From the NCBI GenBank assembly GCA_963717505.1, contig OY970342.1, forward strand, positions 3,104,001 through 3,168,000: 64,000 bases of DNA, written 5' to 3'. This document shows positions 31,497 through 41,439 of the stretch, piece by piece. Below the pieces are notes generated by a model. It did not search any database, had not been told where the DNA came from, and worked only from the letters and a program-made list of their open reading frames with translations. The stretch's first letter is position 1; each line of letters starts with the position of its first letter. The position numbers were made by a program, and so were the translations under genes. This DNA comes from Candidatus Eiseniibacteriota bacterium (lineage in GTDB: Bacteria; Eisenbacteria; RBG-16-71-46).

Positions 31497-32794
31497 GCCT
31501 GGCGTGGAGTGCCTACCGCGTGGTGGCGCCGCTGCTCGGGATGCTGGCGCCGGTGGCACGTCCGTTCGCCATGCCCTCGGAGCGAGAGCGCTGGAAGGAG
31601 CGCATGGGACTCGGACCGTCGATCGGCGGCTGCGATGTCTGGATCCACGCGGCCTCGCTTGGCGAAACGCTCGGCGTGCGCCCCTTGGTCGATGCGCTCG
31701 GACGGCTGGCCCCGGAAGCCACGATGTTCCTGACGGCGATGACCCTGGCGGGCCGCGAACGGCTGACCTCGATCGATCCCGGTGCAGCCTTGGCGCCGAT
31801 GGACGCCCCGCAGATCGTGCGGCGTTTCTTCGATCGCGTAACACCCCGTCGGGTCATCCTGCTCGAAACCGAATTGTGGCCGCACTGGTTGATCGAGGCG
31901 GATCGACGTTCGGTGCCGGTGGTGGTGGCCAGCGCGCGGCTCTCGGAGCGCTCGTGCCGGCGCTACCTGAGGTTCGGCGGCGAGTTCCGCGAGCTGGTCG
32001 CGCGGCTGGCGAACGTCCAGTGCCAGACCGAAGCCGATGCCGACCGGTGGCGCCGCCTGGGGGCGCTCGCCTCGCGGGTCGAAGTCAGCGGCAACCTCAA
32101 GGACGATGCTCTGCCGCAACCCGCCGCCAGCCGGCCCGGTGCCAGGCTCGGCCTGGGACTCGATCCGCGCCGGCCGCTGCTGGTGCTCGGGAGCCTGCGA
32201 CCGGGCGAGGGCTCGATCCTGGCGCGCGCCTGGTTGCGATTGCCGGAAGCGTTGCGGGTGACCTGGCAGGTGGTCGCGGTCGCTCGACATGCGCGCGCGG
32301 CGGGCGAAATCCGCCGCGAACTGCGCGAACGCGGAATCGAGACCCAGGCCGTCGGGTCGGCCACCGCGGGGCGGCCGAGTGCGGCCGCGCGACAGTGGCT
32401 GTGGGAGGAACGCCCTGGCGTGCTCGCGTCCTACTATTCCGCCGCCGACGTCGCGTTCGTCGGCGGCAGCCTGGTGCCGCTCGGGGGCCACAATCCGCTG
32501 GAGCCGGCAGCCTGCGGGGTGCCGGTGATCATGGGACCGCACCATGCGACCCAGCGCGACGCGGTTCAGGCGTTGCGCAGCCACGGCGCGCTGATCGTCG
32601 AGTCCACCGATCGTGGGGTGACCGAGGCACTGGGTCGTTGGCTCGCTGACGAACCGGCTCGTGGCAGCGCCGGCCGTGCAGCACTGGCGGTCGCCTCGGC
32701 CCGGCGCGGCACCGCCCAGCGGGTGGCCGGTCATTTGGTCGCGCGGCGGTTGTGGCCGCCCCGCGAGGAGAAATCGGAGGTGGCCCGGCGATGA
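31493..32794 (+). CDS. waaA: Kdo transferase
   Basis: WIHAASLGE, ETELWP, SGNLKDD, FVGGSLVPLGGHNPLEPA. Confidence 0.94.
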   Translation: MSLAWSAYRVVAPLLGMLAPVARPFAMPSERERWKERMGLGPSIGGCDVWIHAASLGETLGVRPLVDALGRLAPEATMFLTAMTLAGRERLTSIDPGAALAPMDAPQIVRRFFDRVTPRRVILLETELWPHWLIEADRRSVPVVVASARLSERSCRRYLRFGGEFRELVARLANVQCQTEADADRWRRLGALASRVEVSGNLKDDALPQPAASRPGARLGLGLDPRRPLLVLGSLRPGEGSILARAWLRLPEALRVTWQVVAVARHARAAGEIRRELRERGIETQAVGSATAGRPSAAARQWLWEERPGVLASYYSAADVAFVGGSLVPLGGHNPLEPAACGVPVIMGPHHATQRDAVQALRSHGALIVESTDRGVTEALGRWLADEPARGSAGRAALAVASARRGTAQRVAGHLVARRLWPPREEKSEVARR

Positions 32795-33750
32795 CGGCGC
32801 TGATGCGATGGGCGGCCGACGCCTACGGCGTGGCCTGGGATCTGCGCCGGCGATGGTACGCCGCAGGCCTCAAGACGCCGCGGCGCGTCGATGCGCGCGT
32901 CGTCAGCATCGGCAATTTGACCGCGGGCGGCACCGGGAAGACCACGCTGGCACTCGACCTCGCGCGGCGCTGGCGCGCGGCCGGCGCGAATCCGGCCATC
33001 GTCTGCCGTCGCTATCGTCCGGGACCTTCGGGGCTCGGCGACGAGGAGCTGATGTTTCGCCGAGCGTTGGGTGACGAGACGGTGTTCGCCGGACGCAGCA
33101 AGCTGCGGCTGGCGGCGGCGGCGGTGGGCGCGGGACATCGTGAGATCCTGGTCGACGACGGTTTCTCGCACTGGCCGCTCGAGCGCGATCTGGATCTGGT
33201 ACTGATCGACGCGCGGGACCCCTGGGGCGGTGGTGCGCTGCTGCCGGCCGGGCGCCTGCGCGAACCGCACCGAGCACTCCAGCGTGCGGACCTGATCGTG
33301 GTCAGCCGGTTGGATCCCGGCGAGGACCCCGAAGTTCTGATCGACGCGCTGCGCCGCTACGCACCCGCCGCCGAGTTCGCGGCGGGGCGGCATCGGGTCG
33401 CGGGCGTGCGACCGCTGGGCGCAGGCGAAGTGAACTCCGAGGCGCGCGCGCTTCGCTACCGTCTGGTGACGGCGACCGGTTCGCCGGCGGCGGTCGAGCG
33501 CAGCGCCCGCGAAGCCGGCCTCGATCTTGCGGGTGTCGCGGTCTATCGCGATCATCACTGGTTCGCAGCGGGCGAGATCGAACACGAGCGGCGCGCGGCG
33601 GATGCCGCTGGAGCGCGCATCCTGCTCACCGGCAAGGATGCGGTGCGCTGGCCGGCAGCGTTCGCTTCCGGGGTCTGGGTGCTCGAGGTCGAATGGCAGT
33701 GGGTCCGTGGCGGCGAACGGGTCGTCGATCGAGTGCGAGGCGTGGCGTGA
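32791..33750 (+). CDS. lpxK: Tetraacyldisaccharide 4'-kinase
   Basis: SIGNLTAGGTGKT, GDE, VDDGFSH, LLPAGRLREP, DHH, TGKDAVR. Confidence 0.92.
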   Translation: MTALMRWAADAYGVAWDLRRRWYAAGLKTPRRVDARVVSIGNLTAGGTGKTTLALDLARRWRAAGANPAIVCRRYRPGPSGLGDEELMFRRALGDETVFAGRSKLRLAAAAVGAGHREILVDDGFSHWPLERDLDLVLIDARDPWGGGALLPAGRLREPHRALQRADLIVVSRLDPGEDPEVLIDALRRYAPAAEFAAGRHRVAGVRPLGAGEVNSEARALRYRLVTATGSPAAVERSAREAGLDLAGVAVYRDHHWFAAGEIEHERRAADAAGARILLTGKDAVRWPAAFASGVWVLEVEWQWVRGGERVVDRVRGVA

Positions 33751-35414
33751 AGCGACCGCGCGCCACACGTTCGGGCCTGGGGAGCGCCGACACCGACGTG
33801 CTCGTGCTCGGCAGCGGCATCGCGGGCCTGAGCCTGGCGCTCGCCGCGGCGGCGTTCGCCGACGTCCTGATCCTGACCAAACGGCGGGCTCAGGACGCGA
33901 ACACCAACATGGCGCAGGGCGGGATTGCGGCCGTGTTCGGCGGCGACGACAGCGACGACCGCCACGTGCGCGACACGCTGCGCTGCGGAGCCGGGTTGTG
34001 CGACCCGGACGTGGTGCGCGACGTGGTGCACCAGGGGCCGGAGCGCGTCCGTGAGCTGGCCGCACTCGGGGTCGCCTTCAGCCGCGGTCGCGGCGGATTC
34101 GAACTCGGGCGGGAAGGCGGACATTCGCGGCGTCGCATCGTCCACGCCGGCGACCTGACCGGGCAGGAGATCGAGCGCGCGCTGATCGCCCAGGTGCGCG
34201 CGCATCCCCGCATTCGCATGTTCGAGGACCAGCTGGCGGTCGATCTGATCCTCGAGTCGCGCCTGTCGCGGAGGCCGCGCGGTCGCGCACGCGAACGCTG
34301 CTGGGGCGCCTACATCCTGGACCGGCCGAGCGGCCGCATCCGGCCGGTGCGCGCCCGGGCGACGGTGCTCGCCACCGGGGGCTGCGGCAAGGTCTACCTG
34401 TACACCAGCAACCCGGACATCGCGACCGGCGACGGACTGGCGATGGCCTACCGGGCCGGCGCCTCGGTCGCCAATCTCGAGTTCATGCAGTTCCATCCGA
34501 CGTGCCTGCATCACCCGCGCGCCAAGTCGTTCCTGCTGTCCGAGGCGCTGCGCGGCGAAGGCGCGGTCCTGCGCACCATGGACGGGACGCGGTTCATGTC
34601 GCGTTACCACCGCGACGGCGAGTTGGCGCCACGCGACGTCGTCGCCCGGGCCATCGACCGGGAGCTCAAGCGCCGCGGCGAACCCTACGTGCTGCTCGAT
34701 ATCACGCACCGGCCGGCCGCTCAGGTGCGCGCGCGTTTCCCGAATCTGGTGCGTTCGCTGAAGAGTTTCGATTTTGACCTGACGCGTGAACCAGTGCCGG
34801 TGGTGCCGGCGGCGCACTACATGTGCGGCGGTGTGCGCGCAACGCTGGCGGGCGAGACCGACCTCGCCGGGCTGCTGGCGCTGGGCGAGGTCGCGTGCAC
34901 CGGGCTCCACGGCGCCAATCGCCTGGCGAGCAATTCCCTGCTCGAGGCGGTGGTCTCGGCGCACGAAGCCGCCGAGCTGCTGCGCCGGCGCCTGCCCGAG
35001 GTTCCGCGGCCGCCGGCCGTCGATCCGTGGCGGGCGCACGGCATGCGGCCGCCCCAGGAGCAGGTCGTGTTCGATCACAACTGGGACGCGGTGCGGCGCG
35101 TGCTCTGGGACCTGGTCGGCATCGTGCGCACCGACGAGCGTCTGGCGTTCGCCGCCCGGCGCCTGGAGCTGCTCTCGGACGAGATCGAGCGTGACTACGT
35201 TCGCTTGCGCCTGCATCCCGACCTGATCGAGCTACGCAACATCGCGCTGGTCGGCACGCTGATCGTGCGCTCGGCGGCGCGCCGCCGGGAGAGCCGCGGG
35301 CTCCACTACAACCTCGACCACCCGCGCCGCTCGCCCGCCGGCGCCCAGCCCACGGTGCTTCGCGGGGGGGGCCGCCGCGCCGCGGTTGCCCGACGGTCCG
35401 CGGCCGACCTATAG
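33747..35414 (+). CDS. nadB: L-aspartate oxidase
   Basis: GSGIAGL, AQGGIAAV, REGGHS..RIVH, QFHPT, SEALRGEG, ELAPRD, GLHGANRLASNSLLE, ESRGLH. Confidence 0.96.
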   Translation: MKRPRATRSGLGSADTDVLVLGSGIAGLSLALAAAAFADVLILTKRRAQDANTNMAQGGIAAVFGGDDSDDRHVRDTLRCGAGLCDPDVVRDVVHQGPERVRELAALGVAFSRGRGGFELGREGGHSRRRIVHAGDLTGQEIERALIAQVRAHPRIRMFEDQLAVDLILESRLSRRPRGRARERCWGAYILDRPSGRIRPVRARATVLATGGCGKVYLYTSNPDIATGDGLAMAYRAGASVANLEFMQFHPTCLHHPRAKSFLLSEALRGEGAVLRTMDGTRFMSRYHRDGELAPRDVVARAIDRELKRRGEPYVLLDITHRPAAQVRARFPNLVRSLKSFDFDLTREPVPVVPAAHYMCGGVRATLAGETDLAGLLALGEVACTGLHGANRLASNSLLEAVVSAHEAAELLRRRLPEVPRPPAVDPWRAHGMRPPQEQVVFDHNWDAVRRVLWDLVGIVRTDERLAFAARRLELLSDEIERDYVRLRLHPDLIELRNIALVGTLIVRSAARRRESRGLHYNLDHPRRSPAGAQPTVLRGGGRRAAVARRSAADL

Positions 35415-35446
35415 TCGTTGCGCGGCACGTCCGCCGCACCCCCGCC

Positions 35447-35848
35447 ATGAGTTCTTCGGAGACCAACTTCTGGGACATCGTGGATGCGCTGCGTGAGCGC
35501 GATCCGCGTTACCGACGCGAAGCCTACGGCTTCGTGGTCGGGGCCCTCGGCCTGACCGTCCAGTCGCTGCCCCAGGAACGCAGGTCCGATCCGGTGCGCC
35601 GACACTTGACGGGGGGCGAGCTGTTGGCCGGGGTCATTCGGCTCGCGCGCCGCGAGTTCGGTGCGATGGCGCCCACGGTCTTTCGGGAATGGGGCGTGCG
35701 CGAGGGCGAGGACATCGGGCGCATCGTGTTCCAGCTGGTCGAGGCCGGTCAGCTGAGCGCACGACCCGAGGACACGCTCGAGGATTTTCGGGGCGGCCCC
35801 GACCTGCCCCGGGCCCTGGGCGAAACCAACGCGTCTGCGCGCCACTGA
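35447..35848 (+). CDS. Conserved hypothetical protein (Minf_1886-like family)
   Basis: DPRYRREAYGFV, RHLTGGELL, FGAMAPTVFREWGV, DIGRIVFQLV, EDTLEDF. Confidence 0.7.
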   Translation: MSSSETNFWDIVDALRERDPRYRREAYGFVVGALGLTVQSLPQERRSDPVRRHLTGGELLAGVIRLARREFGAMAPTVFREWGVREGEDIGRIVFQLVEAGQLSARPEDTLEDFRGGPDLPRALGETNASARH

Positions 35849-35850
35849 TC

Positions 35851-37701
35851 GTGCGCGTCTACTTTCGTTTGCTCGAGACGCTCAAGCCGTACCGCGCCCG
35901 TCTGGCGGTCGCGATCGGTTGCATGGTGCTCTACAGCCTGAGCAGTGCGGTGTCGCTCGGACTGGTCGCGCCGTTCATGAAGGTCCTGTTCGAGCGGCCC
36001 GAGATCCGCGTGGTCGCGGGCCAGGTCGAGCCCGGGGCCGCGGTCGCGGATCCGGGACCGTCGCGCCTGGTCGGCTGGCCGGGACCGCTGAGGCGGTGGG
36101 CGGAGGGCGCGTTCCTCTCCGCGCGCCCGCTGGTGGCGCTCGAGCGGCTGTGCGTGTTCATCCTGGTGGCACTGCTCCTCAAGAATCTCGCCGACTACCT
36201 GCAGGCCTACCTCATGGTCTCGGTGGAACAGGCCGCGATTCGCGACCTGCGCAGCCGACTGTTCCGGCACCTGCTCCGCCTGCCGCTCGCCTACTTCCAC
36301 GGGCGGCGCAGCGGGGTGCTGGTGTCGCGCGTGACCAACGACGTCGAGTACCTGCGCGCCGCGCTGGCCAGCGGGGTCGGCAACCTGATCAAGGACTCGC
36401 TGACGCTGGCCGGGAGCGTGACCTGGATCGTGCTCGCCTCGTGGAAGATGGCGCTCCTGTCGGCGCTGGTCCTGCCCCCCGCGGCCTGGGCGCTGGTGGT
36501 GATCGGACGCAAGATGCGCAAGCGCTCGGGCACCGCCCAGGAGCGCATGGGCGACCTGACCAGCATCCTGCAGGAGGCGATCGGGGGGGCTCGCATCGTC
36601 AAGGCGTTCGGGATGGAGGAGCGCGAAGCGTCGCGCTTCGACGCGATCAACCAGCGTTTCTATCGGGCGTTCGTGCGGCTGCGTCGGGTTTCCGCCGCCG
36701 CCCGTCCGGTGAGCGAGTACCTGATCGTCCTGGTCGCGGTCACCATGTTGTGGATCGGCGGCCGCGAGATCTTCGTCAACCACAGTCTCGAGCCGCAGCA
36801 GTTCGTGCTGTTCGTGACCGCGTTGCTCTCGACGATCTCGCCGATCAAGAGCCTGGCCGAGGTGCACACCAACGTGCAGCAAGGCATGGCGGCGGCGGAC
36901 CGCGTGTTCGCGGTGCTCGATACGCCGCCGACCATCGTCGACCGGCCGGGGGCGAGAGCGCTGCCGCCGTTCCGGGACGTGATTCGCTATGAGGACGTGT
37001 CGTTCGCGTACGGCAGCAATCCGCCGGTGCTGCACGGCATCTCCTTCGAAATCCGCCGGGGCGAGATCGTGGCCCTGGTCGGGAGCAGCGGGGCGGGGAA
37101 GAGCACCGCCATGGACCTGCTCGCCCGCTTCCACGACCCGACCGGCGGGCGCATCACGGTCGACGGCGCCGACCTGCGCGACGTCACCGTCGCCTCGCTG
37201 CGCGATCAGCTCGGGATCGTGACCCAGGAGACGATCCTGTTCCACGACACCGTGCGCAACAACATCGCCTACGGCCGGCCCGACGCCGACGAAGCGGCGA
37301 TCCACGCCGCGGCCGAGGCGGCCAACGCCCACGACTTCATCGTGCGCATGACGGAAGGCTACGACACGGTGATCGGCGATCGCGGCGTGCGGATGTCGGG
37401 TGGTGAACGGCAGCGATTGGCGATTGCGCGCGCCCTACTGCGCAACCCGCCGGTCCTGTTGCTCGACGAGGCGACGTCGTCGCTCGACCTCGAGAGCGAG
37501 CGTCTGGTTCAGGAAGCACTCGAGCGGCTGATGCGCGACCGTACGGTGCTGGTCATCGCCCACCGGCTGACCACCGTTCAGCACGCGGATCGCATCATCG
37601 TGCTCGAGCGCGGGCAGGTCGCCGCCAGCGGCACTCATCCGCAGCTGCTCGAGCAAGACGGACTCTACCGGCGGCTCCACGAGCTCCAGTTCGTCGCGTG
37701 A
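35851..37701 (+). CDS. msbA: MsbA-like ABC exporter (candidate lipid A-core flippase)
   Basis: TM domain (SRVTND, IVKAF) plus NBD (GSSGAGKST, MSGGERQR, LDEATS, IAHRL), in an LPS context. Confidence 0.82.
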   Translation: MRVYFRLLETLKPYRARLAVAIGCMVLYSLSSAVSLGLVAPFMKVLFERPEIRVVAGQVEPGAAVADPGPSRLVGWPGPLRRWAEGAFLSARPLVALERLCVFILVALLLKNLADYLQAYLMVSVEQAAIRDLRSRLFRHLLRLPLAYFHGRRSGVLVSRVTNDVEYLRAALASGVGNLIKDSLTLAGSVTWIVLASWKMALLSALVLPPAAWALVVIGRKMRKRSGTAQERMGDLTSILQEAIGGARIVKAFGMEEREASRFDAINQRFYRAFVRLRRVSAAARPVSEYLIVLVAVTMLWIGGREIFVNHSLEPQQFVLFVTALLSTISPIKSLAEVHTNVQQGMAAADRVFAVLDTPPTIVDRPGARALPPFRDVIRYEDVSFAYGSNPPVLHGISFEIRRGEIVALVGSSGAGKSTAMDLLARFHDPTGGRITVDGADLRDVTVASLRDQLGIVTQETILFHDTVRNNIAYGRPDADEAAIHAAAEAANAHDFIVRMTEGYDTVIGDRGVRMSGGERQRLAIARALLRNPPVLLLDEATSSLDLESERLVQEALERLMRDRTVLVIAHRLTTVQHADRIIVLERGQVAASGTHPQLLEQDGLYRRLHELQFVA

Positions 37702-37723
37702 CCGCGGCCGCCGCAGACCCGGC

Positions 37724-38818
37724 ATGAGCGGGAGGCGCATGGTCGCGGTGCCGCCCGGAGGGTTCCGGCGCATCGCGGTGCTCCGGCTGTCGTCGCTCGG
37801 GGATGTGATCCTGGCGCTGCCGGTAGTCCACGCCCTGGCGAGGGCCTACCCCGAAGCCCGCCTCAGCTTTTGGGTCAAAGAGGAGTTCGGCGACGTCGTC
37901 CGCCACGACCCGCTAGTCGCGCACGTTCGGTCGCTCGAGCGCGACGCGCGACGGATCGAGGATCTGGTGTCGATGAGCGCCGAGCTCGAGGACGTGGACC
38001 TGATCGTCGACCTCCATGGCAGCGCCCGGACCGCGGTTCTGACCTGGCGCCAGCGGGCGCCGGTGCTGCGCGCGCCGCGCTATCGGATGCGACGTGCGCG
38101 GTGGGTGCATGCGCGCTGGAGCCGCCCGGCCCCGGTGCCGCGGACCCTCGAGCGATATGCCGCGGCCCTGGCTCCGATCGGCCTCCGAGTCGAGGGCGAT
38201 CCGCGGATGACCGCCGGCGATGAGGCCGAGCGGTGGGCGGACGAGTGGCTGGCAGGCTGGGGGCCTGGAACGGCTCCGCGGACCGCGACCGGCTCGTCGT
38301 CGGGGGCCGGGCCGTCGCCGATTGCGCTCTGCCCGGGTGCTCATCATGCGACCAAGCGCTGGCCCGAGGCCCACTGGCTCTCGCTCCACGACCAACTGCT
38401 CGAACGAGGTCACGCGCTGCTCTACCTGGTGACCGCCGCCGAGCGCGAGAGCTTCCCCGAGCTGGCGGCGCGCGTGGCGCGCGACGATCGCGCCCGGTGG
38501 CTCGAAGCCTCGATCCCGAAGGTCGCCGCACTCCTGTCGCGTTGCGGCGGCGCGGTGTCGTCCGACAGCGGGCTCATGCACCTGGCGGCCGCGCGCGGCT
38601 GTCGCGTGGTCGCGCTGTTCGGCAGCACGTCCCCGGTTCTCGGTTTCGCGCCGGCGGGAACCGGACACGTCGTGCTGTGTCGGAACGAGCCGTGCCAGCC
38701 GTGCACGCTCCACGGCCGGGCCAGCTGCCCCAAGAAACACTTTCGCTGCATGAACCTGCTGACGCCGGAACCGGTTCTCGAGGCCCTGGCCGCGATCGGA
38801 TCACGAGCCGCCCCGTGA
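37724..38818 (+). CDS. Glycosyltransferase family 9 (heptosyltransferase-like)
   Basis: RLSSLGDVIL, VDLHG, PGAHHATKRWP, SSDSGLMHLAAA, ALFGST, PCQPC. Confidence 0.92.
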   Translation: MSGRRMVAVPPGGFRRIAVLRLSSLGDVILALPVVHALARAYPEARLSFWVKEEFGDVVRHDPLVAHVRSLERDARRIEDLVSMSAELEDVDLIVDLHGSARTAVLTWRQRAPVLRAPRYRMRRARWVHARWSRPAPVPRTLERYAAALAPIGLRVEGDPRMTAGDEAERWADEWLAGWGPGTAPRTATGSSSGAGPSPIALCPGAHHATKRWPEAHWLSLHDQLLERGHALLYLVTAAERESFPELAARVARDDRARWLEASIPKVAALLSRCGGAVSSDSGLMHLAAARGCRVVALFGSTSPVLGFAPAGTGHVVLCRNEPCQPCTLHGRASCPKKHFRCMNLLTPEPVLEALAAIGSRAAP

Positions 38819-38850
38819 TCCAGGGCAGGAATCGATCGGGCCGGCGCGCC

Positions 38851-38880
38851 TTGTCCACAGCGAAGACCGGCTCCTATACT
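38851..38880 (+). promoter_or_regulatory. Putative sigma70 promoter TTGTCC-N18-TATACT for proS
   Basis: Read directly. The -35 overlaps TTGTCCACA. Confidence 0.6.
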
Positions 38881-38930
38881 GCTGCACTTCGCCGCGACTC
38901 GTCCGTGCGCGCGTACTTCCGGGAGCCCTC

Positions 38931-40379
38931 GTGACCACCGAATCAAAAGACGACGTTCGCTTCGTCGAAGAGCTGACCGACCAGACGGATGACTTCGGGC
39001 GCTGGTACACCGAGGTCGTGCGCAAGGCCCAGCTCGCCGACTACACCCCGGTGCGCGGGTGCATGGTGATTCGTCCCTACGGCTTCGGGCTGTGGGAGAA
39101 CATGCAGGCCGCACTCGATCGGAGAATCAAGGAGACCGGCCACCAGAACGCCTATTTTCCGATGCTGATCCCCGAGTCGCTGCTCCAGCTCGAGGCCGAC
39201 CACGTCGAGGGCTTCGCTCCCCAGGTCGCATGGGTGACCCATGGCGGCAACGAGAAACTCGAGGAGCGCCTGGCCATCCGCCCGACCAGCGAGGCGATCA
39301 TCGGACACATGTATTCGCGCTGGATCGAGTCGTATCGCGACTTGCCGGTGCTGATCAATCAGTGGGCGAACGTCATGCGCTGGGAGAAGGTGACCCGGCT
39401 GTTCCTGCGCACCGCCGAGTTCCTGTGGCAGGAGGGACACACCGCTCACGCCACCGCCCAGGAATGCCAGGAGGAAGTCCTGCGCATGCTGGAGGTCTAC
39501 CGCGAATTCGTCGAAACCGAGCTGGCAATTCCGGTCTACGCGGGGCGGAAGAGCGCGGCCGAGAAGTTCGCTGGCGCCGAGATGACCTATTCGATCGAGG
39601 CACTGATGCGCGACGGACGCGCACTCCAGGCGGGGACGTCGCACAACCTCGGACAGCACTTCGCCAAGGTGTTCGACATCACCTATCAGGACGAAGCCGG
39701 CAAACGGCAGCACGTGTGGCAGACGTCGTGGGGGGTTTCGACCCGTCTGATCGGTGCCCTGATCATGACCCACGGAGACGACCAGGGGCTCAAACTGCCG
39801 CCGCGGGTGGCGCCGGTCCAGGCCGTGCTGGTCCCGATCTGGCGCAAGGACGCCGAGCGCGCCGCAGTGCTCGAGTTCGTGGCCCGGGTGCGCGAAACTC
39901 TGGCCGGCCGCGTTCGCCTGCACATCGACGACCGCGACCAGTATTCGCCCGGATGGAAGTACAACGAGTACGAATTGCGCGGGGTGCCGGTTCGGCTCGA
40001 GGTCGGCCCGCGCGATGTGGCCCAACAGTCGGTGATGTCGGTGCGCAGGGATACGCGCGCCAAGGAGCCGATCCCGATCGCGCAGCTGGCCGAGCGGCTG
40101 CCGGTAATCCTCGACGAGATCCAGCGCGATCTGTTCGCCGCCGCGCAGCGTTTCCGCGCCGAGAACACCGTGCTCGCGCGCACGCCGGCCGAGCTCGAAG
40201 CGCACTTCGCCGAACGGCGCGGGTTCGTGGCGCTGCCGTGGGCCGATGACGCCGCGCTCGAGGCGACGATCAAGGAGAAGACCGGAGCGACGCTGCGCTG
40301 CGTGCCGGTCGATCCGGCCGTCCAGGAGGCCCTGGCCCCCCAGGGCGGTCCGGTGGCGCTCTTCGCTCGCGCGTACTGA
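38931..40379 (+). CDS. proS: Proline--tRNA ligase, archaeal/eukaryote-like type (no editing insertion)
   Basis: GCMVIRPYG, HVEGFAP, IRPTSE, FLRTAEFLWQEGHT, QAGTSH, SWGVSTR, C-terminal FARAY. Confidence 0.97.
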   Translation: MTTESKDDVRFVEELTDQTDDFGRWYTEVVRKAQLADYTPVRGCMVIRPYGFGLWENMQAALDRRIKETGHQNAYFPMLIPESLLQLEADHVEGFAPQVAWVTHGGNEKLEERLAIRPTSEAIIGHMYSRWIESYRDLPVLINQWANVMRWEKVTRLFLRTAEFLWQEGHTAHATAQECQEEVLRMLEVYREFVETELAIPVYAGRKSAAEKFAGAEMTYSIEALMRDGRALQAGTSHNLGQHFAKVFDITYQDEAGKRQHVWQTSWGVSTRLIGALIMTHGDDQGLKLPPRVAPVQAVLVPIWRKDAERAAVLEFVARVRETLAGRVRLHIDDRDQYSPGWKYNEYELRGVPVRLEVGPRDVAQQSVMSVRRDTRAKEPIPIAQLAERLPVILDEIQRDLFAAAQRFRAENTVLARTPAELEAHFAERRGFVALPWADDAALEATIKEKTGATLRCVPVDPAVQEALAPQGGPVALFARAY

Positions 40380-40398
40380 CGCCGGCCGCGGCGGGCCC

Positions 40399-41439
40399 AT
40401 GACGCTTTCCCGCATCGTGGTCCGGCTCCCGAACTGGCTCGGGGATCTGTTGATGTCGCGACCGGCGTTGCATGCCCTGAGGGTCCGGTATCCACGCGCC
40501 GAGTTGCGGGCGTTGACCACGCCCGGGCTGGCGACACTCGCGGCGTGGGAGGCGGGGTGGAGCACGGTGGACGGGTGGCCGGCGCCGAGCGGTGATCGCG
40601 AGGAGTGCGTGCAGACGCTGAGGCGATGGCAGCCCGACGCGGCCCTGGTGCTGCCGCCTTCCTTTTCGAGCGCCTGGTGGATGCGGCGCACCCGGGCCCG
40701 CATCCGGGTGGGCTATCGCGGCGAAGGCCGCGCGCTGTTGTTGACCCGTGCGCCGCGCAGGGTGGCGCGGGGGTCGCTGCACCTGGCGGCCGAGTACCTG
40801 AATCTGGTGCGGTGGCTGGCCGGTGACGTCCCGCCCTCGAATTGCCCGGATGAGGGATCGGAACTGAGCCAGGCGATAGCGGCGCTTCCATCTCTGCGCG
40901 TGCCCGAGCGCGGCAGAGAACGCGCGGCAGAGTTGCTCGAGGCGCGCGGTGTGCGCGGACGGTTCGCGGTGATCGGGCCCGGAGCGATCTACGGCCCAGC
41001 CAAGCGCTGGCGGCCCGAGCGATTTGCGACCGTCGGACGCGGATTGGCGGCGGCGGGAATGCGGATTCTCGCCTGCGGCGTGCGCGCCGAACAGGACGCC
41101 TGCCTCGAGGTCGCGCGCGGAGTCGAAGGCGCCTTTTCGCTGGCGGGTGAAACCGACCTCGAGACCCAGGCGGCGTTGTGCGCTTCCGCCGCGCTCGTAG
41201 TCAGCAACGATTCCGGGCTCGGACATCTGGCCGCGGCCACCGGGGTTCCGACCCTGTCGATCTTCGGCTCGACCAGCAGCGCGTGGACCGCGCCGATCGG
41301 CCCGCGCGTTCGGATCGTCCAGGACGCTCCGGTGTGCGCTCCGTGCTTCCAGCGCACCTGCGAGATCGGGTATCGCTGCCTTGAAGCGGTGTCTGCCGAA
41401 CGCGTGCTGGCCGCCTGCCGGGAACTGTTGGCCGCGTGA
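40399..41439 (+). CDS. waaF: LPS heptosyltransferase II (GT9)
   Basis: RLPNWLGD, PGAIYGPAKRW, LAGETDL, SNDSGLGHLAAA, CAPCFQRTC. Confidence 0.85.
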   Translation: MTLSRIVVRLPNWLGDLLMSRPALHALRVRYPRAELRALTTPGLATLAAWEAGWSTVDGWPAPSGDREECVQTLRRWQPDAALVLPPSFSSAWWMRRTRARIRVGYRGEGRALLLTRAPRRVARGSLHLAAEYLNLVRWLAGDVPPSNCPDEGSELSQAIAALPSLRVPERGRERAAELLEARGVRGRFAVIGPGAIYGPAKRWRPERFATVGRGLAAAGMRILACGVRAEQDACLEVARGVEGAFSLAGETDLETQAALCASAALVVSNDSGLGHLAAATGVPTLSIFGSTSSAWTAPIGPRVRIVQDAPVCAPCFQRTCEIGYRCLEAVSAERVLAACRELLAA

